The notes beneath the pieces are model-generated. The model did no database searches, had not been told where the DNA came from, and worked only from the letters and a program-made list of their open reading frames with translations. Made by a program: the position numbers and the translations under genes. Below are positions 39,201 to 51,200 of a DNA stretch of 64,000 nucleotides, in pieces. Position 1 is the first letter of the stretch; every line of letters starts with the position of its first letter. This DNA comes from Phoronis australis. Taxonomy: Eukaryota; Animalia; Phoronida. The stretch spans positions 224,976 to 288,975 of the forward strand of contig NMRA01000543.1 of the NCBI GenBank assembly GCA_002633005.1. The letters are read 5' to 3'.

Positions 39201-42200
39201 TCTGTTTGATCATAGCTGAAAATCTACTGCAACGTTCCAAAGTTTTTGCTGTAGGCTATCGGTGTCAGCTGACAGTTTTGTTATGAGTACTGTTCAGTAT
39301 CAATTTTCAAATACCATAGCCTCGTTGCCAACTATAGGAGTGCAACCCTGTTCAAAGATAACTTAGCTGGAGAACTATTTTAATTTGCATTTGTCAGTGT
39401 ATGATATTTAAGATTAGTTTGTGCGTTTGCGATACAATGATAAGTGGCAATGGTAGACATCAGTTTTTACAGAATGAAGTGAAATAATAATTTCTAAAAT
39501 AATACTGTCTTGCGTCAAATTATGAAAATTAATCATGTTTTTGTTTACAAACTTGGGAATGCTGCTGTAGATTTAAGTTGATGAGAAATTTTACAAAATT
39601 TCGTACAATTTTACTTGTCTGTCATATTGTGTTGTTTATAATTGGGTGATGCCTTGTGTATGAAAAGTACCGAAAACTTTGGTTTTTCCTTAAAACCTTT
39701 ATGGATAGTTGATACAGCATAATGTTGTCCCTTCAGGTATGCTTAAACACAGCGAATTTAAACAATGCAGTTTTGTTATCACCAGCTCTACTCATACTCC
39801 ATTGTGTTACTTCTTGATAACAATACAGTTTGTGCATTCTTCCTGATAAGAGCGTGACTTGTGTTTCATGAAAATCCTTGTTTTTATCGCGTGAAGCAAA
39901 TAGTCATTGTAAACTGGGGAAAATGCTGTTCTGGTAGATATTCTTAACTCATAGATGGCACGGTCCTCCTCATTATCAGACATGCAATTCTTTTTCTCAC
40001 AAGTTACATTTCTTTTCTCATGCACCACAATTCCGTTCTTGTGAACACATTTCTTTCCTTATGAACTATACTTTTTTGCTTTCAGGATGCACAAGTTGCT
40101 CCTGCTCGGTGTACCATGTGTTTGTCTGCATGGTACAATTTTTCAAATCTGTGTGTATCTTAGTACCGATTTAATCAGAGCGTGCATGCAATCTGGGGAT
40201 GAGGATTGTCTACTCGGTACTTTAAATTTTGCTGAGATCGATTACATTAACTTCACATTTTAATTTTATAAGTCCGATGATGATGTGTGTGTCTTAATTT
40301 CCAGAATTACGACGACTTTTTCAATGCAGTGGAAGATGACATGCTTGAGGAATTTCTGCAGTTGGTTGATGCCAAACAGAAGTCTGTAGCACAACTTACA
40401 GTACAGGTGTGTGTATTACTAAGTCTTGTGTTCTGATTAGCCATGAGGGTAATTCTCAGAACGATGAGAATGCATGAGGGTGCCATGTGTGCCATAATGA
40501 GTGACTCATTATTCACTAGGTGGTGTTTATTAAGAAGGGGTCCATTTTTACCTTTTACTCGGAATTGACCTATTGCCAGGAATTTGAGTGACGGCTTAAC
40601 TGACCATATAGAACTCATCATTCTTGACACACCTTCGTTTCCAAGCTGCCATTTTACCCGACAAACAACCTGTTGCCTAGTGTGTTAGTCGACATTACGC
40701 AAGGGGGCGGTGCTTGCGATAGGTCAAGTAGAGTGACATGTGGAAGCTGTTGAGTATTGTGGGGGTGTTGGTGGATTCCGTGCGAACTGAATAGAAAACT
40801 AGTTTCAGGTGTACCACCTGGTGATGTTTGAGTTCCTCAGTGGTGAATAAGTCGATTGGACATATTTTGTGTAATTTGCGAAATCACACTTGTGGTCAGT
40901 CTACGGCTCTGTGAAGATTTGCGTGTGTGCAACTGGGCTGGGTGACATAGAAATTTATAAGATTGAGCATCACTGAATGTTGAATCTGACTTAGCAGGAA
41001 ATAGAGTTTTGTTATTGTTGTCGGTCATTAGATTAGTTTGGTTTTGTGCCACCAGGCTGTGATCCAGTCCTGCTTGGGGTTGCAGGTTCGCTGTTTCTAT
41101 AGGATTTGTCAGCCATTATTTTGCTTTAATCTATTCTCATAAAATTACACGTTCTCTGGCTGTATTTAGTAAGTTTACCTACTCTTCTTCTTAACAAATC
41201 TATTCGCCTAGTATGAATCGTTTTGAGGAAAATTTATCGAACCAAAAAAGCTGTTTACTTTCTGTAAATTACAATGATATTGATGTTTGACCATTTGACA
41301 TTTTGACTTAAATTGTGGTTTTGATGTATGTTGTTCATAAGCAGATTCAGTGTTGCTCAGTGCAACATTTTTCGCTTAAATCTCTCTGTCCCTGCTGTTT
41401 CTCTTCACTGTAACTGTCACTCTCGCAGAATAAGGTGGAGCCTGAAGAGAAGAAAGACGAAGAAAAAGAGGATGGCACGGTAACTGCACAAACTAGAACC
41501 ACTGCCGCTTACTTGTTTTGTCTCCCTCTGTTGTCCATAAGGCTAACTAGAACCCTCATTGGTAGCTGCTAATATGGTTCAGGTCCCCTCCTTGTGTTTT
41601 TGTCAGTGAACTAACGTCAGTTAGAACTGAAGCACCTTATACGAACAATTTTCCTGTTGAATCACCTAGTTATATGTACACTTAAAACACGAAAACTAGT
41701 CGAAGATATATAATACTTGTGTGCCTTAGAACATAAAGTTAAACATCTCATGTCTTACAAGAAGTTTGCTACAGATTTTAGCCATAGTCTTTATAAATGT
41801 GTATAAGCAGTATTTGGATTCATGGTGATTCCCCATCCACATATTAAAACCATTAAGCCAGTGAGTGTGCTTTAGCACCTGAGGTGACGGATCTAACCGT
41901 CATCTTGTTTCTCCGCTTTTGTTCCGCTGCATAAAAGTGTCTGATTGGCGCACAGACTTTGGGATTCGGTCATCACAGGTTTGATGCAAACGGTGATAAT
42001 TCACTTTAAATCCATTTTTAACATTCAGTTGGTTATCCAGCTGTGGCTGTGTCCTGCTGCTGCAACCTTCTTGTAACAATATGCGATGTATTTCCATCAA
42101 GATCCCTTTTGGCTTTTGGGCACAACAAAATGTTAGTCGTGATAATTTCCTTCCAGTAAATTTAACTTGCGTTTTATATGCTCCAGAATTATCTAATTTC

Positions 42201-45200
42201 TGTCTTCTTCAAAATTGCACGTTCTTCTGTTTAGTTAATATTTGAAAAAACAAAATCAACTACAGGGCTACTTTTCCCTATGAAATCGATCTTTAACCTC
42301 CTTACCATAAGATTTACGTAATACTTTACGATGACAACTATTCAGAACATTTAAGTGTCAAAATGCTTAACAGCTGGTAGGCTGTTTCAAACGTTTTCTG
42401 CTTAATTTCAGTTGCGAGGCGGCTTTCTTATAGCTCCAGTCAAATATCATGACATGGGAATTTTTAAGTCCAGTGTAATAAGCTTCAACTTGATGCTTGT
42501 GACTTAAAATATGCCCGTCCGTTAACTCAATTCCTTGCACTCATTGACTCTTGATGAAGCACAAAATAAATATTTATTTTTTTTAAAGAAGTTATAGATT
42601 TTATCTTGTCTTGCTTTCAGTGTATATGTACCCCCCCCCCTCCCCCCGAATTTAATGCATTTGTTTGTTTTTTTTGCTGGACTAACTTTATTTATCGTCA
42701 AATCAGTTATATTTTCTGTCATTGCAATGTACATGTTGTTTTGCTTTAGAAATGAGTTGCTTACAATGTGACTTGTGAACTGGTTGATGAAGAGTTTGAT
42801 GCGTTTCTTTTACAATGGCACGCGTTGCCTTTGAAGGAGACAATTGTCATTGTTGATAGTCGTCGTGTCTTCCATCAATTCATTGCAGATAATTGCGGCG
42901 AAGGAGGATGCTTTTCATCTCAGTTTGGACCAGATATTCATCAAATTTAACTCGTTTGATTTGCCACCTAAAATAACCACTATGATGGTATATGCAACGA
43001 TTAACATGTTGTTATTTTGTTATTATTGTGTTATTATTGTGTTGTTATTTTGTTGGCTCATATCTGTTTGTTGCTAACACTTCTTTATGCTCTGTTTTTT
43101 CTTGTTGCAAATATTTGTGTTATGTTCAAGCTCTCATGTTTTCAATTTGTGGACAAATTGTGTGGAATAGTAAACCCCAGTTCACACAAAGCTGTTTATT
43201 TCTGTCGCATTAAGGTCATCTGTTATGTGATATGCAATGTGTGGATGTCATGGTTTGGCATTGAAAATTACTGAAATTTTAGACTTAAATAACAAAATTC
43301 TACGTACTAACATAAGGTTTTTCCAATTTGCTTTGGTGTCCGTTATGGCAAAACTGATTCTGAGTCCTTGACCATCAGACTTCACTTGAGACTTATTATT
43401 TAACCAATCATATTGCTTGGAACGTAAAGTTTTCTTGAGGCTTGCAATGCAATTGGTCAATTTTCTGGTTACATCTCTGTAACGTTTAGCCTTCTTGGGC
43501 CCTGTTATCTCACGTGTTCTCGGACGACCTTTTGCGTGTAGTTGTGGAAACCCTGTAGTGTTGTGCATTTGATGTAAGGTTTTGAATTATAGGACGAGGA
43601 GGTTCAAGCAGAAAATGCGACGATGTCGGAGTCACAGCCGTCTGCGGAGTCGACTAAAGAGGAATCTGCCGAGGTACTCTCACATGCATCCTGATCGCGT
43701 CTAACCTGCACGATGAATGCGCTTTGTGTAACATAATGATCTTCGTAATATGCGGTTCAATTGTAACAACAAGTCTTTTGTTTTGAGTATCCTTTACAGG
43801 TCACAGAACTCGTGTTTGGGATGAAAGCAGTTTGCCTTGCATTTGATATCTGCATGCACAAGTTTTGTCCTTTCAAGGAGTAAATACTGCCTTGGTTTAA
43901 TAGCATGCAAAAGTAGTTAAAAATGACAAAGTATTTCTTGTTGACTAGCTTCATGGCGATTCCCTCAAATTCGTGGTGTTTGCATATTTCGTCGGGTGTC
44001 CCATACAGCAAATATACATTTTGAGACTGTGTATACCTACACACATGAGGATTTGTATGTATAGCATTAGTTAGGGCAAGGTCTTCATCATACTGTAATT
44101 AGTGGACATAATCGTACAAGATGTGCTGCTGTGGAATTATGCTCGCGCTATTCAATGTATTAAGATCTGTTTGTTGGTCGCTGCATTTCTTTGAATTTGC
44201 TGGGCTAGACACCTTCACATTGTGTTTGTAAATGTCTGAGGAATTCTTTTCTTGACGTCTCTTGCCCCTATTGATCATTATCGTGGTCAACACGCTTTCA
44301 CCTTGACCCTTGGGGTCTTACTGATAAGCTTCAATCTGGCTGCTTAGGATTCCAATTCAGCCTCAGCCACTTCGACTACGGTTTCAAGACAGGTCACGCG
44401 AATGGTAAAAATTGCTGACACTACGAGTATGTTTTCTGCATACTCGCCAAGAAGTGTGACTGAGAGTTCACGGAGTTCGGTGTCTAGTAAGCCCAAGTCT
44501 GACTTGAGTGACAAAAGTGCCGACACGTCTTACTATACAGTAAAACGAGAAACCAGCACAGCCATGTCTGTAGTTCTCACAGCTAGTAGCAAGGTAGGGT
44601 TTTGCACACTACGGATTTTATTCTGAAACATTTGGTCGTTAGGTTCTTCGTTAAAAACTAATCCGAGTAGTCGAAGCTGCAGTGATCTGTTTTGCAATCT
44701 GGTGCGTGGTTGACTCCTTTTCATGCTGTCAATCCTTGCTATAGTTTCGTAGTTCTAAGCTGTAATTGAATAGATTATAAAAAGATGGGTGTTTGTACAT
44801 TCTGTTCTACTGTTTACTGCAAAAGTTATGAAAGAAAATTTTAAGAGTGACTCAATTTCTGGCAGTTTACTTGCACCAAAAAGCTTTTGTTAAGAACTTA
44901 GAGGTGTTGTTGCCGCTCTTCAACGTTGGTTCTCATCGCTGGAGAATACGACAGCTCACAATGGTTGTATTTATCTCTCTGAGGAAGCTAACCCAACGTC
45001 AAGTCGTGTGACTGAAAACAGTTCGTCGTCCATGACAACATACAAAACGGCGCAGGAACTGTCGTTCTATACCAATCAACTCAGTGAAGAGGTACTATTC
45101 ATTTCAGCTCGGTTTGTTTCTGTTCTCTTGGCACCAGTTGGTGTCTTGTTGGCATTGCATTCCTGCTGATCAGTTGTGTTGTTGATCAAATGTTATTGTT

Positions 45201-48200
45201 GGTTTAATATTCGACAGTTCTCGTTGAGGAAATTTTGGTTCTGCATGGCTGTTGAAGACTTAAAATATGCTCGACATTATAACGATTTACTCACAGAAAC
45301 CACTATTTCTGTTTTTTACACCTTTCAGGCCATAGGTCGATGACCTGAAATAGTTATTGTATTGTTTTTGTCAAAAATTTGTTTCCTGTCGTAGGTTTTT
45401 TTACTGTCTTGTCGCCTAGAACAAAAAGTGACCCCTTAATTCTTGGCTAGGAATGTCATTCTACAGCACAATTTTAACAGGGTGTGAACCTGAGATTTTT
45501 TGCTAAAAATTTAAATTGTATAGTGGATCGGAATCCACTGAGGTATCTCCCAAACAGAATATTGATTGGTCAGTGGAGAAGTAAGGATGATTTTCTTAGG
45601 GATGTTTTGCTAGAGCTTGAGAGTAGTGGTCCAGGTTGTGTCCAGAATAGCATGTATTGACTGACAGCTTGTGCAGGACCAGAATTTTGCATTGCTTGTG
45701 TTTATATGCTACCTTTAAAGTTGCATGTAGACACTTGAAATGTACTAGTTTGCACCTTGTTCTTGACATTAACATTATTTCACTTTGTCAATGTAAGAGG
45801 TAATGGTTGTTAACATTACAGTAGCTAGTCTACTAGACAAAGTTCATTCATCTATCAATAGATGACTGTACTGTTTGTTATAAAGAATGCGGATTGGCTG
45901 TCCTAATCCTCTCTCTCTTAGTGGCTTCTTTTGATTGGTTGATTTCACCAGTTCCATCCGGGTCAACAGCCAAAGACATCTGATTGGTACATAAGCTGGA
46001 AGTCATCATCAAAAATCAATCGAATGTCGTATCTGAACGAATGAAGTCAATCGAATGCAGCCATAGTAACAAGAATACGCATGTGAGATGTACATTGCAT
46101 TTCTGTATACAACTGAATATTGCTGGTAGTCAAGACCTCGTGGCTTCAGACCTGTATCTGTCCACAGCATTGTCAAGCACTGCAAATTCTAATTTCTAGG
46201 CATCATTTCCCAAAGGAAAGAAGTTCTTTCAATTGTCTATGCTTTATTTTTTGTGAAGTGTATTTTCTCGATGCCCTTTTGAAATGCAAGTCGTCATCTG
46301 TGCGAGGGTGTAATACACATTTTGGGTACATAAAAACAACCATGTTCATGAAAATTGATTTTCCGTTGTGGCAGAATTTGTCCATTATGGTGCAGAAGTG
46401 ATTCATTTGATAGTAACTTGGTATATTGAATTCATGATTTGATGAAGGTAACCATGTTGTGTGAGCGGCTGTTTGACTTATTTAGGACACAGTAACTGAA
46501 GAAACTGAAGACACATCTGCAGACAAGACAACTGAGGTATACTAGGCATGTTTGCTGTTTGACTCAGTTCTGTACTAACAGCAGATGAGATTTGCAGTTT
46601 AAAGGATGCAGAACAAAAGTAATGGGACAAAACACAATGGCCCCATCACTACGGCAACTAACGGTTGTAATTCTCTTAATTTTGCTCTGATTAGCACACA
46701 ATATGGCTGACAAGTGAAACTCAAAGAAAAATTTAGTCTATTATTAGCATGGTTTGTACTGTGTACATGCCATCATACAGCAACTTATGGTAAATTTTCT
46801 ACTATTTGTAGCGAAGTAATCGGTATTTGAAAATCAAAACAATTACAATTTTGCCAATTTGTACGAAATAAGTGGAGAATTCCGTAATTATGTTAACCAC
46901 AAAAATGACTGGTACTGACCATTATATTGGCGAAATACGAATTACAGAATGGCTTGGCCATGTTCTTGGTAATTCGCCTTCATTGTCGATCATGAGGTAA
47001 GCTGGTGAATGTGACGATCAATTCAGCTTCAGCCTAGCCGTCATGATGGGGAATGCCAGGTCATTTTGTCTGGATACTTTTACTGTAGCTCTTGATCTGA
47101 CCTTTAAGCAACCCTCGTGCGGGAAATGTTGGACACTGGCAGCAACACCTGCAGTGAAACCTGTTAAAGATACTTGATTGTGATTTCCATCTTGGGGTTT
47201 CGTAAAGTCTTCAATGATTTTATTGTCAAAAACTTGGACTTTACCTCTTGGTACAACGTGTAACTTACTAATAGATAATTCTTATAAAGTGTTGCTGTTG
47301 AAGACTGAACCCAATATGGTGAACTAAACTGTCTAGTTCTATGACTGAACACTAGATGGTGTTACTAGCTGACACTTTGTGCAGGTGTACTAATCTAACA
47401 ACATTGTATCTCCATCAACTACTGTCTTTGACCTCTCAGAGCTGGGTTCCTAGAAGGCCGGAACTGTTGGACCTTGATAATTTATCAGATCTTTTGACAA
47501 AAGCCTGTAAAGTTGGCTCTCAACAGAAAAATAGAATAATACAAGAGTTTGCCTGTATTAACTAAATTCTGTTGAATTAATCTGGATTGTATAATACTTT
47601 AGTTTTTTATGTTGCTATAGGAACTGACGGCTGATAAATCTGCAGAGGATCAAGTTAATGATGACTCGGAGGTAGTTGATTAGCATGGTGTGAAACCTAG
47701 CATGTACGGCAAGTGTAATACTGGACTGGTTGTAAAATTTAATGCTGCGTTCACATGACATTATTTATGGGGAGGCAGATAGGATGCTTTAGACCGATGT
47801 TCTTTTTTCACAAGGGCATGCTATTTGACATCTTACAAGTAAATTAAGGTTTTGCCATGATCTTTAAATTACTAAAGATATTCTGGCCTATCGCAGTCAT
47901 CATAGATGAACAGAGCCTGACCACAAATTGCAATAAAATTGCTCCAGTTTGGGTCACAATATGGCTGACGAGTGAAATTTTATTCTTTTATTGTAGTGTC
48001 TCACAAATGACGTATCATTTAAGATATACACCATGGCTACCATTCATTAAGCAATGTTTCTAGCGTCTATTCAGAATAATGTTACAGGCCTTTGAAAAAG
48101 GAAAATTTTTGGCAATTAGTTTTGTCTGAAGTTGGTTAGATTTGGCTTAATTTTTTGGAATGTAGTGTTTTCGTGGTAAGAAAGGAGGTTTGGTTATAGA

Positions 48201-51200
48201 TGGAAAGAAGGCAGATCGAATGTCTGACTAGAGTTCATGTGTGAAATGTTTCTCAGGTTGTGGATCTGCACGCTGATCTGATGGCCTGTGAATTCTGTGT
48301 AAAGCGGCATTGCTATGATTCCTAATACGAGGCCTATCTCTGACTTAATCACTTGTGTTAGGACAGCACTAATCCAGTTGTTCACCCTCTGATGTTCAAA
48401 GCCTGCATGATTTCAGTACATAAGAAAAAGTAACAGTACTTACACTAAATTTTAAAAGTTATTCTTGCTCATTAGGAACTATCGTCTGAGGAACCCGACT
48501 TAGAAAAGAGTGAATCCAAACCCGAGGTATAGCTGCATGGAGTGACATTTGAGTTTCATGCTTAATATAATGAGAACTGTGAAACTTGGCACTTAGGTAT
48601 TTACATGAAGTGCTAGCTTAGTTTCTTTTTCATGTTGAGTTACGTTTAGGAGATGTATGTGGCTGTTGGAGATTTTAATTTAGATAATTGTCCTTTTTAT
48701 CACCCGATTATTATTAAAATGTCACTTTTAAGACACAAAATGGCACTCAAGTGATTTTTTTAATTTTCCCCATGAAAAATATTTAGGAGTAAAATAACAT
48801 TGTGTTCAAGGTTTGTGTCCTAGCTAATACCAGACAATACTTTGAAAAAGACCGTGATTCACAAGATTGTTAGAAGCTTTTGAACAGTGAAAAAATGCTG
48901 ATTTTGTTTGAAATTGGTGAGATTTAACTGTTATTTACATTCATTTTAGTAAAAGTATAACGTTTCTTATCAGGAATCTGACACAGAAAAAAATGACTCA
49001 AAACCTGAGTATATCATTGCATGGAGTGACACTAACTTTTTGTGAAGTTTCACGCTTAATTGTATGATTAGATTTTTCTCTGAATAAACAACAAGCATGC
49101 TTGGTTTGATACTGTTGTAGGTTTCAAAAACTTGTTGGTCAACTAATATTAAATTTAATCATTAATGCAGCTTTTATACTGCCTTCCATTAGAAAACTTT
49201 TGATTTATACTACTGAGCATTATAAGTCTAGCTCAAGTCGTATTGCTAAGGAGCCTAGTGATGGATGAAAGCTAAAAAATGCTGCATTTTTCAAAGAGTA
49301 GGGTGAAGATTTGTGCACAAAGGCAATATGTGCTTACTATACTACCTCAGTAACTGAGTTGGTATATCCTTCTGACCGACCTGTCATAAAGGTAATATGT
49401 GCTTACTATACTACCTCAGTAACTGAGTTGGTATACCCTTCTGACCGACCTGTCATAAAGTTAATTACACTGCCTAGCTGTTTTATTAATAGAAATGGTT
49501 CAGCAATAATTTTTAAAATCAGAGGTCAGTTTCCTTGTTTTGTGAATTCATGGAGAAAATTTGTGTAAAAGCAAAACTCAGGGGCGGGAGTCCTTACATA
49601 TATTTATTTAGTAAATTCATAGAATCCAATTTCCCTGTTCAGATAAGCTGAGTGCAGCCTGAGAGTAGTTTATAGGTGATTGATGTTGTGAGTGTGACAG
49701 AGCTAATTATTGTGAGGTGTGTGAAATTGTTCATTCCAAGCCTAGGCATTACTTATCCGTTTCTTTGATAGAAACTAGCATGATCTGGATAAATGATAAG
49801 ATAGATCTCAATTGATGGCTCAGAGGTCACTACTGTATGTAATAGCACCAGCATGACGCTTTTAGGGCTCTCACTAACGTTCGTCCTTTGGAAATTGAGA
49901 TATGTATAGGTTCAGGTCAAATACTCATTTCTGAGTGAATATTCTGTAATTTATGATTACTTTGTTTTGAAATTCCAGCAGTCTGTTTCATCGAAGGTGA
50001 CTTTAATACTTGATTCTGAAATTTGGTGGTCTTGCGCTCCCACTTCCAATTTGGTGACTAACAGTTTAGTCAAATAACTATGGAAACATCACAAGTCTCG
50101 AAAAAAATCATAGTTATTATTAAATCTCAGTATTAACTGTTTCGTGTATATTCTCAGCCTAAGAGTTTGTGGTTTTGTTCAAGTGAGTTTTAATTATTTG
50201 CTAGAAAAAGTTATGTAGAGTCTAAGACCTAATTTCTGACTTCCTGGTAAGTCTTTAGGTTTCATGAAACAGGCCCTAGGTTTAACATTGCGGTGCTAGA
50301 ATACTTTCAGCTTATGGTTAATGGAATAACATGTGACCAACCTTAATAGACTTAGGAAACCATGCTGGTCTCAAGTCGAGAATTTTTCATGGTGTAACTC
50401 TACTGTACTTGTACAGGGGATTTATGAAACTAAAAATTTGGGGTACTCTGTACTGTTTTACCTAGCGTGGTTGTTGTAGAGGTGTTACAAATATTTTTTG
50501 TGCAGTTGCTTTAAGTACTTCTTTCTCCACTAATGATTTGCTTGTCAGGAACTGACATCTGAAGAAGATGAAGAAGAAATTGAGAAGGTATTTGGCATGG
50601 GATATGGCATCACTGGTCAGATAGTTCTTATAGTTCACTAGTTTGTCATCGAAGTTTTGTAACAGATTGGAAAATGCACCCTGTTGAAAGCTGGTTTTTA
50701 TGCTAATGTTGAGTTTTCTTTTCAGGTGACGCTGGTGATTTTGGTTACAATTTATCAGCTTAATTAGTGCACGATTCGATCTGACTCAATTTCTGTAGTT
50801 GCTTCAGATTTCTGTTTGAGTTGGGATTGTAGAAGACATGCGGAGTTGGTTTCTGAGCAAGAGCCAATACATGGAACAAAATACACTTGTGAAGGAACTG
50901 CACAAGTAGAATGTTCTTGTGATAAAATAGGTTTTTCATAGTTGTGACAATGTTGCAGAGCAGGTAAAATTTCACTTACTATGAACTTGTTTGTTGTTGA
51001 TGACTTCATCTACGGGTCTTTTCAATGAATGTGAATGTGAAAAAGACCGTTAAATGAGAGTGGAAACATCCGAGTCATAAACAACAAACATGTACATAGT
51101 AAGCGAATTTGCACCAGCTCTAGAATGCTTGAGAGTATCTGTATGTCTTGTTGATGCACTTTAACTTACCGCGATTACGTTTTCATTTTTGGAGTTTCGT

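Noticed and set aside
49311-49568. ORF with a 23-aa internal repeat
   Set aside because: By-product of a 69-bp intronic tandem duplication.
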